A DNA stretch of 61,334 bases, counting the filler, from Chiloscyllium plagiosum (Eukaryota): NCBI RefSeq assembly GCF_004010195.1. It is 3 parts of one record of this genome, joined end to end, with 100 filler letters (N's around TTAATTAATTAA, not from the genome) between each part and the next. Parts side by side here need not be neighbours in the genome. Positions count along the whole stretch, not along the records: positions 39,969 to 61,334 come from NC_057717.1; 2 more parts are not named here. One strand, written 5' to 3'. The position numbers and the translations under genes are program-made. Positions 44,500 to 58,783 of the stretch are shown here, one piece after another. Every line of letters starts with the position of its first letter. The first letter of the stretch is position 1. Under the pieces are notes generated by a model. The model was not told the origin of the DNA. It saw nothing but the letters and a program-made list of their open reading frames with translations, and ran no database searches.

Positions 44500-47400
44500 A
44501 TTATTTTAAAGTGATACTTTGAGAATTCAGGGCCAACGTGTACCCCGAAAAACGAATTACAAAGGCGAATATTAATCAGTGAAAATCGTCAGTTTGCCAA
44601 TGAAAGAACAGCGCAATAAAAACAGGTGAAGCCCTTCAAAGGTACAAAGAGTGCAAAGGGTCTTTGAAAATGAGGGGGCAAACAATAGTCATGATAATTC
44701 CTTCGCAGGTACTGCTAAAGAATAGTCACAGGGTTGTTTGTAAGTACAGCTGGGGTAAAACGATTCTCAGCTTAAGTGTGGCCCCTGTTAGAATCCAAAG
44801 CGGCAATCTGTGCATGGAGTCAGAGGAAGTAGATGATGTCTTAAATGAATATTTTTCATCTGTACTCACAAAGATTAAAGCCATTGTAGCCAGGTATTTC
44901 CGTTGGAATCGTGAGGTTCTAGAACATTTTAAGATGTCAGGATGGAAGATATATTAAATATTTTTCACAGACATAAAGGTAGAGAAATCCCAAGTGCCAC
45001 TGAAATGTATCTCAGGCTGTTATGGGAAGTCAGGGAGGAGATTGTTGGGGCCCTGGCGGTTATATTTAATACTTTGCTGGCCACAGGTGAAGTGCTGAAT
45101 GACTGGAGGATCGCTAGTTCTTCGGCCATTCTTTGTTCAAGGATGGCCGAAGGGATAGGCCAGGTAATTATAGAGCAGATAGTTTGACAGCAGAGGGAAG
45201 AAAATTATTGGAACCAATTCTGATGATGAATCAACAATTGAAAATGCAAGGATCAGTTCACGATATTCATCATGGATTTGGTAGAGGAAGACCCTGTCTG
45301 ACGAATTCAGTCGAGATTTTTGAAATGCTATCTCTCAACACTGATGAGTGCACTGCAGGTTATATGGTTCGCATAGAGTTCAGTAAGGCTCTTGACAATG
45401 TCCCAGAGAAAAAGCTGACCCAAAAGGAACCTTGGGATCCAAAACAATTTGGCAAATTGTATTGAAAAGTGGTGTACAGACGTTTTCAGTTTTCAAGTTC
45501 TTTCACCAGCAAGTGTACCACAGGAATCTGTGCGGACGCCATTGCTGTTTATTATGCATACTGATGACAAGGAAGTGAAAGCAAAAGGTATCATTACAAT
45601 ATTTGCAAATGACATGAAGTTTGAGGGTGTTGCCCACAGTGAGGCAGATGTTCTCAGGCTACAGTCTGATATCGATCAGGTGATAAACTGAGGCGAGTAA
45701 TAGCAGATGGGGTTTATTTCGGATCAGTGTGAGGTAAAACCCTATGGGAGGAATGTTGATCGAAGGGCAGACATTATGAATGGTAGGTCCTTGTGGAGGA
45801 CTAACGAACACAGGGAAATTAGTGGACAAGTCCATAGATCCCTGGAGGTGTCAGAAAAGGTAAACAGGATGGGGAAAACGTCTGAATGCGGGTCTGTCGT
45901 AGCCCCATATCCTGGTTACAGGAATTGCGAGAGCTAGTCGAGAGGTCTTAAAATAGTCTGGCAGGGTCTTGGATCTGAAAGAGTCGGTAGACCCGATATA
46001 AATCTCAGGCTGGTACAGAGGTTAAGGAGAACAATTTCAATAGACAAGGCAGGCACGAACATAGCAAGCAATGATCAAAACTGAATTATTATTGCACATA
46101 TTTCAATGCAAAGGGCATGACTGGTAAGGCAGATGAATTCAGGACAGGGAAATTAAAATGGAAGTGGGATTTTACAGGCATTAGAGAAGTATTGATGACA
46201 GAGGTGCAAGACTGGTAGCTCAATGTTCAAAGCTAGAGAAAGTACAGGAAGGTTATAACAGGAGGGAAGGCAGGAGGAATTTTGATTTTGATTGTCACAA
46301 TTATCACAGCAGTACCGGATATTCTTGAGGGGTCATCCAGTGAAGCAGTGCAGATGGCAGTGAGAAATACGAATGCTTCATCACTTTGATACGATTGTAC
46401 TTCTGACCCCTGATATTCAGTGGGAGATTGATGAACAATTATGTCGTAAGATCTTTTATATCAACAATAATGTTAGGGTTGTAATGGTTGGAATTTTGTG
46501 TAACTTTCCAAACCTAGACTGGGATGGTCAGTGTTAAGTATTTGAAGGGAGGAAATTGTTATGTGTGTTACAGAATTCTCACAATCAATATGTAAGTGTC
46601 CCGTACGGAGAAAGGGGCACAAGCTCACCTCCCCTTGGGAAGTAATGTCGGGAAAGGGGTGTGTTTTAGTGGGTGAGGAGTTTGTCAAAATGACCACAAT
46701 AATATTAATTTGCAAATACCTCAAGAAACGACAGACCTGATCCACAATTTCAAATAATAAAAGGGGGAAAAACAATCTTGATAGTATTAAACACGAACTT
46801 TCAAAAGGTCTTTAGGGGAGTCTATTCGCAGGCAAAGGGAAATCTGCCAAGTTGAAGTATTTTAAAAGTGAGATAACATGAGCGTTCCGAAACAGCATGT
46901 TCTTGTTAGTGTGTTGCTCAGTGCAGGCAGAATTAGGAAATAATCGCTGTCTTTTTAGGCTATGCTCAAGGAAAAGGGAGCATGGGGCTGTCGGAATACA
47001 CTTTGAATGGATATCAGAAATGCAAAAATGGGATATGAAATAACTTTGCAGAGAAATTCAAGTCGAATCCAACGTTATTGGACAAAGACATTAAGGGCAA
47101 ATGAGTAACCAAGGTGAAAATAGGGGCCCTGAAAGATCAACAAGAACATCGATGTGTGGAACTACTACAGGTGGTGGCTAAGATCGTGAACACATTTTTC
47201 ACTCCAGTACCTAACGTGGAAAAAGTGTGGGGACGTCAGGGAACTAACGAGTAATACGTCAGCCAAAATTGGAATACTTTGTGCATTTCTAGTCTGGTTG
47301 CTATAGGAAGAATGTTGTGAAATCGAAAGAGCTCAGAAAAGATTCACAAGATGTTGCCAGAGTTGTGACTGAATAAGCTGGGGCGATTCCCCTGGAACAT

Positions 47401-50045
47401 CGGGGGTTGAATGATGACCTTATAGATGTTTATGCAAACATGAGGGGCATGGATAGGGGAAATAGTCAAGTTCCTTTACTTGGTGTTGATGAATCCAAAT
47501 CTAGAGGGCATACATTCAAGTTTAGAGGGGAGAGAGTTTTTAAAAAAGACCGAATGGGCAGCTTTTTCACGCACATTGTAATGTGTTTATGGAATGAACT
47601 GAGAGAGGAAGGTGTGGGGACTGAAACTAAAAAAGCATCTGGATGGGAATATGAATCGTAAAGGTTTAGTGGCCTTTGGTTCATGGGCCAAATGCTCGTA
47701 CATGGGACGAAATCTATGTAGATATTCTGGTCAGCATGGACGAATTGATCCGAAAGGTCTGGTTCCATTCTGTACATCTCTGTGTCTTGAAAATTGTTCA
47801 CGTTATTGAAGAGATGGTGCTGGAAATTCAAAAGTAGATAAATCTCGAAAAACAGGTTAAGTATATCGAAGGAAATTTTCAGAAGCTGGGGAAGAAATTG
47901 TGGAGCCACTATAAGAGATATTTGTACCAATGGCGGCCATGGCTGACGTGCTGGAAGACTGGAGGCTGTCATAGTGGATAGTAAAGGAGGTTTTCTAAGA
48001 TGACAAAAGGATCCTGATGATATGGGTAACTGGGCTGAAAAACTATTCATGGAGATAAATGTGAATAAATGAGAATTCATTTGGTGCAACAAACAAGGGG
48101 ACTGTTTATGTAATTAATGTTAGGATCTTGGTTCGTATTGTAGAGCAGAGGACCCCGGGGTTCAGGTACATAACTCTTGAAGTGAACGTCACGGAATGGA
48201 TGAGAAGGTGCTTGGCATGCTTGACAACATTGCTTAGTTCATTGAGTACAGGAGTTGTGAAGTCAAATTGAGATTGTTTAGGACATTCATGAGGTTTCTT
48301 CTGCAATACTGTGTCCAGTTCTGGGCGCACATTTATGGGAATGACATTATTTAGCTGCAGGGAGTTTAGAAGAGATTTACCAGGATGTTGCTGGATTTGG
48401 AAAGTTTGGGTTATGAACAAAGGCTGGATAGGCTTGGACGTTTTTTCCCCTGGAGCCTAGAGGTTGAGAGGTAACCTTATAGAAGTTTATGAAATAATAA
48501 GGAGTATAGATAAGGTTAGTGATAGTTTTCTATCCACATGATAAGGGACGTTGAAAAAGAGGGGCAACGTTTTTTTAGATTGCAGGGGAGAGATGTTTAA
48601 AATAAAGACATGGGGGGAAAGTTGTTACAAAGGGCATGGTTTTTGTGTGGAATAAACTTCATCAGAAAGGGGTGGATGAAAGAATAATTAGTGTTTACCA
48701 GACATTTGGATCAGTACATGAACAGGAAAGGTTTGGAGGGTTATGGACCAGCAGTAAGCAGCTGGGACGAGTATGGTTTTAGATGATGGTTATTATCTAC
48801 AGAAGGGTCAGTTTCCTTGCGGTGTGACTCTAGGACTATGAATGGAGTGTCGTTGCATTATCTAAGAAAGGCTGCAATGGAAAGCCAAAGAACCAAAAAT
48901 CAATTAACCAGATGTGGGGAACGTATGGAAACGATTCTGCTGGAGAGCAGTTAGATGCATGTGGAAAGGGAAGGATTGATTAAAAATACTCAGCACGGCT
49001 TTGTGCGTACAAATTCATGTCTCAAAAACGTGATTGCGTTTCTTGAAGAGTGAACATACCTTGTCCATACTGACTTCAGTTGTGTCTTTGACAAGGTTTC
49101 GCATGATAAATTCGTTGGTAATGATAAGATAGCATTGGATAAGGCAGAGATGGCCACCTGGATACAAAATTGGTTTGACAGTAGGAGACAGAGGGTGGTG
49201 GTAGAGAGTTGTGCTTCAGAATCTCCGCCTGTTACCAGTGGTGTACCATGAGTATCGGTGTTGCGTATATTTATTTGCATCATTTACAGAAACAATTTGG
49301 TTGAGAATATATGAGTCATTGATAGTGAGTTTGTGGATAACACAGTTAATGGTTCATGGGCAGTAAATATGGTTAATAAAGAGGATCTTGATCAACTGAG
49401 CAGATGGGCCAATAAATGAAAGGTGGAGTTTAATTCAGGTGTTGGATTTTTTATAGACAAAACATGGAGGACTAACATAGTTAATAGCAGGACCGGGGAC
49501 AGTGTTGTCAAAAAAAGAGAGAGAGACCAAGAGGTGCAGTTGCTTTGTTCCTTGGCAGTGGGCAGAGTGGCGAAAGCAGCATTGACACATTTGCCCTCAT
49601 GGGTCAGAGCATTGCGGACATGAGTTGGTGATATTTGTAACATTGTGGTCAATATTTCCCTTGTGCAAAGGAGGCCATTTGGTGACGTTACAAAGATTTA
49701 TAAAACCATGCATGGCATAAGTAATGGGATTAGTCAAGGTTATATGAGCCCAACACTTGAAGGTATGAACTGGAGATGAGACAGCAAAGATTTAAAGAGG
49801 GACCTGAAGGGCAACATTTTCCACAGTGGATGGTGCAGATAATGGAAAATATTTGTCAAAAAATGTGGCAGAAACAAGTATAATTATAGCATGTAAAAGA
49901 CATTTGGGCATTCACATGGCGAGGAGAAGGTTTGAAGGGATATTTGCGAAATGCAGGCAAATGTGACTCATTCTATTTAGGAAACATTGGCGAGCATGGA
50001 GGAGTTGGGTGAGAGGTCGGTTTTTTGTGTTGCACAGCTCTATGT
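44500..50045 (+). mobile_element. Mosaic of old, decayed CR1 fragments (EN, RT, 3' ends)
   Basis: LNEYFSSV, PGNYR..SLT, HGFGRGRPCLTN, FSKALDNVP, FANDMK and several 3' tails, all interrupted. Confidence 0.75.
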
Positions 50046-51039
50046 TTCCATATATTGGAGGAGGTGTCTACGATACAAGGCAGATTGTGGAGTCTGAAGC
50101 AGGTTATAGAGATACGGATGTTAGTCTGGGTTTGAGTACGGTTTTGAGTATGTGGAAGGATTCTGGAGAGGGGAGGAGATTACAGAGACAGGAACTGTTA
50201 CAGGAATTAAAATGATTGAAGACACTATTCCACAAGATGTGACGCAGGTACGGCTTTGGAGAGGGAAACCAAAACAGGAGATTCCCAGGCAACATTACCG
50301 CCCTCCCGAGGTCAGCCTGCTTTCATCTGTGTTGTACTGATGCTCACGACGACAGCACAGGTCTGGATTGATAAATGTGAACTTCCGCTGCTGTGTTAGT
50401 ACAATAAAATTAAAGTAAGTGTGGTGATAGATCCAAGGGTGCGTCTGTACAGTGCTCCCCCTCCAGCACTGTATCTATGACATGTCTTGGTTGCGAGGTT
50501 TTGAGCGCTTTCACTGATTCCTGGTCTGTGCACTGTGTGTGATCTTATCGCAATGCAGGACAACTTGTCGGCTCCAGATGTCCTTTCCCTTTGTCTCTCT
50601 CGCTGATCAACCATATTCAATGAGATGATGGACGAGACACCCAGCAGCGGGGAATTCTGTTGAGTCAACAAGTTCCTGAGTAATTATGGAAGACACAGAA
50701 AGAGACAGATGCTGAAATGTGGGCGATAGTTACACATGCACAGTGGTACTAACGCCCATACTGATCTGGAAATTCCCAATCTCCATTCCTGGCCTGTGCT
50801 TTCTCATCTCTCTGGAGCCGAAAATTCTAACGGCTCTGGATCTGAAGCAGCTGCGCAATGTGCTTTTAGAGGCAATAATTTGACTCACAGCGATAGATAC
50901 TGACTCACATACATAGATACTGAATGATATCACCAGAGTTCAGGATGATATCAGAAACAAACAGTTGTGTGGGGATAAGGGGTTTTGAATTATTATGCAC
51001 TGATATCAGAGCTCAGGGATGGGAAACCAGTGAACAGGT

Positions 51040-51413
51040 GAATTGATGGCCTCGTAGTATTATCACTAGACTATTTATCCAGAAGCTCCTTCCATGGTCC
51101 AATCCCACCATTGCAATTGGCCGAATTTGAATTAATTTCTTCCAAATATGTAGATAACAATGTACTAATGAGAATTTAAAAATTGCTCATGTTAGGAAAA
51201 TCCATCTGAAATATTTATATCTTTAGGGAAGGAAATCTGTCACCCACACCTGGTGCGGTCTCGAGGGAGTGTCTCCATATACACAGCAACGTGGTTGACT
51301 CTCAATTGCCTTTTGAAATAGCCTAGCAAGCCATTCAGATTAAAGGAAGCCGCAGCTTGGAAAGAAAAAGCTGGCGAGTCAGAGACACACACATCCCGTG
51401 AATGAATAAAAAA
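51040..51413 (+). mobile_element. Old tRNA-derived SINE
   Basis: TTTAGGGAAGGAAATCTG...GTGGTTGACTCT..TGCC..TGAAAT.GCCTAGCAAGCCA...CACATCCCGTGAATGAATAAAAAA. Confidence 0.65.
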
Positions 51414-52949
51414 ATCCGATTGCCGTGGACCCTAATCGAACCAAACTGAGACCAGTGTCCTGGCCAATCATGTCAGTAGGTTTATGGTGGAGAGATGCAG
51501 GAAAATTAGATTTTAAATGCAAAGAGAAAAGATGAAGCATCGGAGCAGCATGTGACGTGGCTGAAGGCAAGCAGAAAGAAACAGCAAGAGACAGATTTGA
51601 ACTAAAACTGTACATCAGTGAATAGGTTTATGACAGGAAATTGTGGGAAAAGGTCAATTACAAATTCTTTTCTTGAAATAGACAAAGTCTCTGCAATAAG
51701 ATAGTGGGACTTATGACACAGGATGAAAAAAGTTGGAGCATAAACTTTCAACATTACACAACCTTACGGAGAGCTCAGGCACAATGGGAAAGAGGAATGC
51801 GTAGCCATGAACGTAATGGATAACAGAGGCACCCCAGAGAAAGCATTTGATCTCAGATTCATAAGGTGAACCAATCTGAATGCAACGTCTGGGTACTACG
51901 TGGCAAAAACACAATCAGGCGAATAGTTTTACACTGCTGAAGGGCTCACCACTGCATTAAGTCAAAAATGCATGGATTTTTAACAGACACATTTCGATAA
52001 TTTTTGAGACTTCAATCATTGTACAATCTGGGATAATCACGATGGCAAAAGTGATATTGGAAGAGAAGCTCAAAAAATGTTTTTGTCAGTGTTCATTTGA
52101 ATAACACATTGTGAAACTGGCTGTGCATGTAAATATCTCAAATCAACAGTTGTGTGATGACCCTGAGTGAATGAGTGATGTGAATTGAGAGATCTTCAGG
52201 GAAATTGAGATAAAATAAAATTCAAATTATGAAGTTTTGACGTGAACCACATAATGTACAAACTATAACGAGAAATCAAAATAGCCAATTACAATGGTTT
52301 GTGAAAGAATAGAGTAAATGGACTGTAATGTGTGGCTGTAAGTGAACATTTACAGGAACAGTGTAAAACATTCAACAAAAGGACAATCTATTGAACCAGT
52401 CAAAAACTCTGCAAGAAATTCCCACCCGTCCTTCACACAAGACAAAATGGATCATATTTGATTATGAGGCTTGGAAGATCACCAAAAAGTACTAACAATT
52501 CTGAAGCAAAGGAATGTTTTAGAATTAAGCGTTAAAGGTTTTGCAAATGGTCTCCGAGCAGGAGGCGAGCTGTGGGACTCGGAATCATTGTCAGGGTTTT
52601 TTTACACGATCGGATAAGGCAGTTTAAGGTACTGGAAGTGGTGAGAGTGTTACAGAGTGTGGCCAGGGCCTGAATGGGGTTACTAGGCAGCATTCAAAGC
52701 TGCAGCTACCCTTCTGCCAATTGCTCAGTTGGGAGCTCAGTCAGCCGCATTGCTGAGGGTCTGGAATCACATGATAGCCAGATCAGGTGAGAATGTGAGA
52801 TGCCCTTCCCTGCAGGTCGTAAGTGAACCAGCTGATTTCTTCCTACTGAACAAAAAAGATTTTTGGTGGCCCCACTAATGTCTTGTACAGTCAAAAAATG
52901 ACATCCCAACACGTATTCTCAATCCCCTGAAAAATTAAGTCGAGTGTCC

Positions 52950-54030
52950 CAAGTGCCCGATTGAACAACTTCTCTATCTGTAACACCACTTTCAAAGGAA
53001 TGTGTACCTACATCCTAAGGTGCCTATTTGACAACACTACCCAGGGCCCGAACATTAACAGCCCAGGTTTCTTCTACCAAAACGCAACACCTCACACATA
53101 TTTAAACTCCATCTGCTTTTTTCTCAGGTCACAATACCAGAAGTACTGTTAATCCTGTAATATCATAGATTACATTCTTCACAGTCCAGTGTATGAGCAA
53201 TTTCAGTTTCAGCCTCAAAATTACTTTGAATGAAACCAACATCCACACCCAAATTACAAAATTGGACCCACTGCACCGCTGGTCATCTGCCCCGAGCGAG
53301 AAAAACAACATGTCTCCCATCACTCTGTCTTCGACCATCAAGCCAGTTTTATGTACAGTTGACTGGCTCCTCCTGAATCCCATTGCGTTTATTGATCTGA
53401 ACTTATTACATTGATCTGAACTTATTACTAAGTCAACCATCGGCAATCTTGTCAAAGACCTTGCTGAAATCCATGTTGACAAGGTTGGCCGCTCTGCCTT
53501 CATCTATCTCTTGGCCACTTCCCCAAACAGTTAATTAGGTTTGTGAGACACGATTTTCCACTCACAACTCCATGCTGACTATTTCTAATCAGCCTTGCCT
53601 TTCTCAATATAGGTCATTTCTCGCAGGATCTCCTCCAACAACTTATCCATCACCAGTCTTACTGGTCTGTAGTTTCCTGACTTTTCCCGGCAGCCCTAAA
53701 GTGATGGAACAACATTAGCCGCCCTCCAGTCTTCCAGTACCCCACGTGTCTGTTGGTAATACAAACATCTCTGTTCGGGACCTTACTATCTCCTCCCAAG
53801 CATTACATAATAGCCTGGAATACACCTGACGATTGATCTACATTAATTCGTTTACAGATTGCAGCACCTTCTCTTATCTCTTGTAGTTTCTTTTCAAAGC
53901 ATTGCTATTTATTTCTCCAAGTTCACAAGCTTCCATGTCTTTCTCCACAGTTAATACTATCAGGAGATTTTAGTTAATTATCTCACGCATCTCCACCTGT
54001 TCCACACATAGACGACATCATTGAACTTTG
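52950..54030 (-). mobile_element. Decayed CR1 RT region
   Basis: Reverse strand QHG.V.GKSCLTNL..., DFSKVFDK remnants. Confidence 0.7.
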
Positions 54031-55049
54031 GGGGTGGGGGGGGGGGAATCTATTCTCTCCCGAGTTACTTTTTTCTCTTAAGAAAACTTGTCCTAAGGAT
54101 TCTGAAACTTCAAGTAAATCATATCACTCGACCATCATTCCCCTCACCTCCCATGATCAAGTCTGAATTCATATTTATAAAATCAAATAAAATCCCACGG
54201 GTTCATAAACAAATTCTCTGTTATAAAGGTCATTTGTGAATACGTAGGAGTGAAGCATTAATTCATTTATTTCCACTTAGATGTGTGGCTGTTAAAATAT
54301 TCTAAATCCATTGAGAATGTTCCCTCCAATCCCACATGTGGCGTTTTCGGTCATCCACCTCTTCAGTGGGACCTTATTGAAAGGTTTGCGAAAATCCCAA
54401 TGAACCATACCTCCCTTTTATCTACTCTGCTGTTTACAGCCAGATAGAAAAAAAAAATCCACCGTTGTTTGTGAAATGAAATCGCTCTTTCATAACCATA
54501 TGATTGGCACTTTCAGAGACAGACACAGAGGGACAAATAATGGCTTTAAAGGAGTCATCTGGTGGCAAGTGGAGCTGCTGAGTCTGTGTTGGGGTAACAC
54601 AGTGCACGCTATCCATTAACAGTCTGAACAAAGGACGTGAGGAAGTACGGGAACGAGGTTTCCAAGAAGGATCCCACGGATCAAACGATTGTTACATAAG
54701 CATAATTTGAATTCGCTGCTTCTGTACGCGATGATGTTCTTACTCGATGAAGTAAGAAACGTACACAATACTGAAGGACCTGAAAGGATTGGATGTAGGG
54801 AAGACATTTCCACTAGTAGGAGAGACTAGGGCCCAAAGACACCGTTTCAGATGGAAGTAACGACCCTTTAGGATGGAGATATGGAGGAATTTATTCAGAG
54901 GATTGTGGATGTTAAGTAATTTAGTTGCATTTAACTCACAGATAAATAGGTTATTGATGAGTAAGGGGATGAAGGGTTACAGGGAGTAGGTGCGACAATG
55001 GGGTTGAGAAGCAATTTGGCCACAATCGAATGGGGATTAATCACAGATC

Positions 55050-58000
55050 GGGGTGATCTTTGGAGGAGTTTTAGAGATCGCGGTGGTTGCAGAGACTGGG
55101 AATACACCTATACGGATGTTGGTTGGAGCTGCAGGGTTTACACAGTTGGGGAGGGTTGTACGGGCTGGGCATTATACAGATAAGGATTGTAAATGGAGCT
55201 GCAGGAGTTTACTGAAGCTTGGAGGGGTGATGGGGCTGGATCGGCTCACAGAGCCAGGGACAATTGTAGAATTTGGAGGAACCAGAGGTACTGAGAGTTG
55301 TAGGACTGCAGGGGTAATTAGAGAGTTAATGAGAGTTGTAAAGGCAGGTGTGCATGGGTTACACAGAGACGTGGAGTACTGTTCTGTATAAGGATACATA
55401 AATCAAGCGGTTTGATGATGCTGGAAGATACTGCAAAGACAGTGAGCTGTCGTTATTGAGGAGGTTACAAAGACAGGATGCATTGAAGAGTTGGAGGCTG
55501 CTACAGGTATTAAAAATGCTGAAACGGATCATTAGCCGTATATTGATGAGGAAGATTGGAAGCTCTGGAGATAGAAAACGAGAGTTACAATGACTGAAGT
55601 ATATCACAGAGATGGTGAGTAACATAAGTCATGGAAGAGTTATAATATGAAACAAGTAATATTAAAAGGAGTTATGGACGATTCAGGAAGAGATGAAGGG
55701 ATTGTATTTGGTGAAAAAAAAGGACAGTGAGACTTCTCACATTAGGATAAGGGTAGCTAACACGGACACGGAGTATTTTATGACATTGTACAATTTACAG
55801 AGATTAATACAGTTGTATAGAATTGAGGAACTAACAGAGATATGAACGGCTGTCGTGAATGATGTCATTTGCTGATATCAGATGCTTAGATTCTGGGGAT
55901 TATATAGTTGGGAAGGCTGGAGACTCAGGCAGAGCTTGCATACACAAGAACAGCAAGAGCATCTGGAGATAGTTACACTGAGAGTGAGCATTGCACAACT
56001 TGGAGGAAGTTCCTGTGTTATGGAGGATTGTAGAGGAGGGTGACATTTCCATAGATAGAGTTGTAAGAGCTGGAGATGATTATAAAGATGATGAAGAAGA
56101 TGAAGAGACTATAGGAACTTTTATTGAAAGGAAGCGTGATAAATAAAGGATGTTACACAGATCGCGGGTTTTTATAGGAAATGGGTAGGAGGCGTCGCTG
56201 CACTGGAATGGGATCGACTGATCCAGCGTTTTGCATAGACCTGAGAGGATTGCACAGATCGGGAGGATTGTACAGTCTCCACATTTTGGGAACATTTAGG
56301 GACTGGAGGAGGTTATACAGATAAGGAGTGATGTTGGAGCTGTAAGAGTTGACAGACCTGGGGAGGTTTGAAGCTATTTACAGTCAGAGGGACATTTTAG
56401 GGACAGTGATACCGAACGCAGAGGATATAACTGCAGAGCTACACAAAGATACGGTGTTTGAGATGCTGGGATGCCTGTAGGGATTTAGGAGTAAACAGAG
56501 ATATGGAGTGCTGTTGTGGCTGAAAATGTATACTGAATAGTGTGAGACATGAAGGGCCTTTGGTCGGTTAGAGAGAGGGTGGCCTGCATTGTCTGGCAGA
56601 ATCTGTAGACACTGGAAGAGGTCTGACTGATGGGGTGTGACATAGCTACGGGAGCAGTACAGCGACAGAGGTTTGTCGAGGCTGGAGGAGTTTACAGATT
56701 TGAGGAGGATTACAGAGGCTGGTGTCGTTTGCGGAGCCAGGGTGGGTTGATGAAATGCAGAGGATCATATAGACGGGGAGCTCTGTAGTAGCAGGAAAAG
56801 GTAACAGAGACAGAGAATGTTTCAATGTTGGCATAGCATCAGAGTGTGGGCTAATTTCATAGAGGCCGGAGTGGTTGTTGGGATTAGAGGAGAACACAAA
56901 AGTCGGGATGCTGTCAGACAAGATGTTACAGAGCTAGAGCGGGTTCCACCAGCTAAAGGAAGTTGCAAAGATAGGGAGGGTTGTGGGGCTGGGGTAAGAA
57001 TCAAATTGGGAGGGTGTAGGGACTAGAGTAGCTTTGACAGATAGAAAGCATTCTGTGTTTTGAGAAAGTTTCGGTTATAGGAGGTTGTGCCGCTTACACA
57101 GTTCGCGGGGGTAGTCGGGATTGAAGGAGATACAGAGACAGGGAGTGTTACACAGAAACATATGAAAGGGGACAGGTAGAGGCCATTTGCCTCCACACGT
57201 CTGCCCCACTATTTAATATGATCACGGCGGACCATCAACTCTGTGCACTGTTCCTAATTTCGCCCAATACAATGACTGACAGAACTGGGGTTAGTTACAG
57301 AGATCGACAGGGAAGGAGTAATTGGGAGAGGTTAGAGAAATATGAAGATGTGGAGAGACGGGAGGAGGTTACAGATTTAGGGATTGTTGGAGTGATTAGT
57401 GGAGGCTACTGAGATAGGTAAGGTTGGAGTGACTGGTGGAGGTTACAAAAATAGGGAGCGTTGGGTGATTTGGGAAAGTTACAGTAATAGGGCGGGTTAG
57501 AGTGATTGTGAGAGGTTATAAACATAGGAATGATTGGTGCGAATGGAGGAGTCCACAAAGATAGAGAGATTTGGAATGACTCGGGCAGGTTAAAGAATTA
57601 GGGAGGCCTGTGGAGTCTGATCGAGGATAAAGACATTGGGAGCATCATTCAGCCTGTATAAGATTATAGAGATATGCCGAGTTGTGGAGAGAGCAGGAGG
57701 TGACTGAAAAGGGAGGCATGTCGAGTTTGTAGAAGGTTACTTTGACAAAGAATATTGCAGCAGGTGGATAAGGTTGCAAAAATAAATATCATCGTTTCTG
57801 TAGGTAGGAAGAGCCAAATATTTATAATGGCGCAAGTGGATTGCATGCACAGGTAAGGGAGTCGGAAGAGGAAGACTTAAATTAAAAATGGATTAGTTTG
57901 TAGAGATATAAAAGTTTATTGTAAAAGTGTAGATTCTAAAGATGAAGGGATGCGAGAGGAAGGGTGGGAGGGACAGAATGTTTTATTGAGATCAGGAGAA

Positions 58001-58520
58001 GAATGAAGAGGTTACTGACGTTTCTGGTGATGGAGGACAATATTTGGACTTGGATGAAGTAAGGAATACAGAGCAGTGTAGACACTGGATGATTATTCAG
58101 ACTGAAGGAGCTTGCAGAAAGTGACAGCTGTAGGAACTGGAGTTGAATGCAACGATAAAGAGAATGTTGCATGTACATGGATGGGTTTTGATTGTTTCAG
58201 AAGGTCACGATAGGCAGACTAATAGTGATGGGGGAGGCAGATTTAAGGAGGCAGATTTAAGGAGTATTTTTGTGACAGGAGAAGGTCAACGATAGAGGAG
58301 ATTGCAGAGACTGGATGAGGTTTCAGACATCATGGGAAGGGTTAAAATGCCTTCAGAATATGATACAAAGGGAGGGCTGCAGGGACAGGAGTAGGTTACA
58401 CAGGCACGAAACTTATAGGGACTGGACGGGTTTTATATGGAGCGAGGTCTGTCGGAATAGGAGATGGTTACAGAGGTTGAGTGGTGCTGTAGAATGGGAG
58501 GCAGGTTTGGTATAGAGTCA
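55050..58520 (+). repeat. Ancient degenerate ~37-bp purine-rich tandem repeat (GGAGGAGGTTACAGAGATAGGGAGGGTTGTAGGGGCT-like)
   Basis: 37-nt periodicity visible at 57361-57600; strong G/A strand bias; a shorter patch at ~50060-50230. Confidence 0.75.
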
Positions 58521-58559
58521 GGTGAAGGCTATAGTGATATCATGTGCCATAGAGGGGAA

Positions 58560-58783
58560 AGTCTGTGTGGAGTTTGCACATCGTCGCCGTGCCTGCGTTG
58601 ATTTCCTCCAGATAGTCTGATTCCCTCCCACAGTCCAAAGATGTGCAGTTTCGGTGAATTGCGCATCGTGTTAGGTGCATTAGTCAGAGTGAAACGGGTC
58701 TGGGTGGGTTACGCTTCGGAAGGTCAGTGTGGACTGGTTGGGCCGAAGGGCCTGTTTCCACACTGGAGGAACTCTAATCTAAT
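58560..58783 (+). mobile_element. 5'-truncated HE1-type SINE
   Basis: GTCTGTGTGGAGTTTGCAC...GGGCCGAAGGGCCTGTTTCCACACTG..TCTAATCTAA. Confidence 0.85.

Noticed and set aside
54598..54636. V(D)J recombination signal CACAGTG-23-ACAAAGGAC
   Set aside because: Nonamer matches only 6/9 and there is no V, D or J segment or partner RSS nearby
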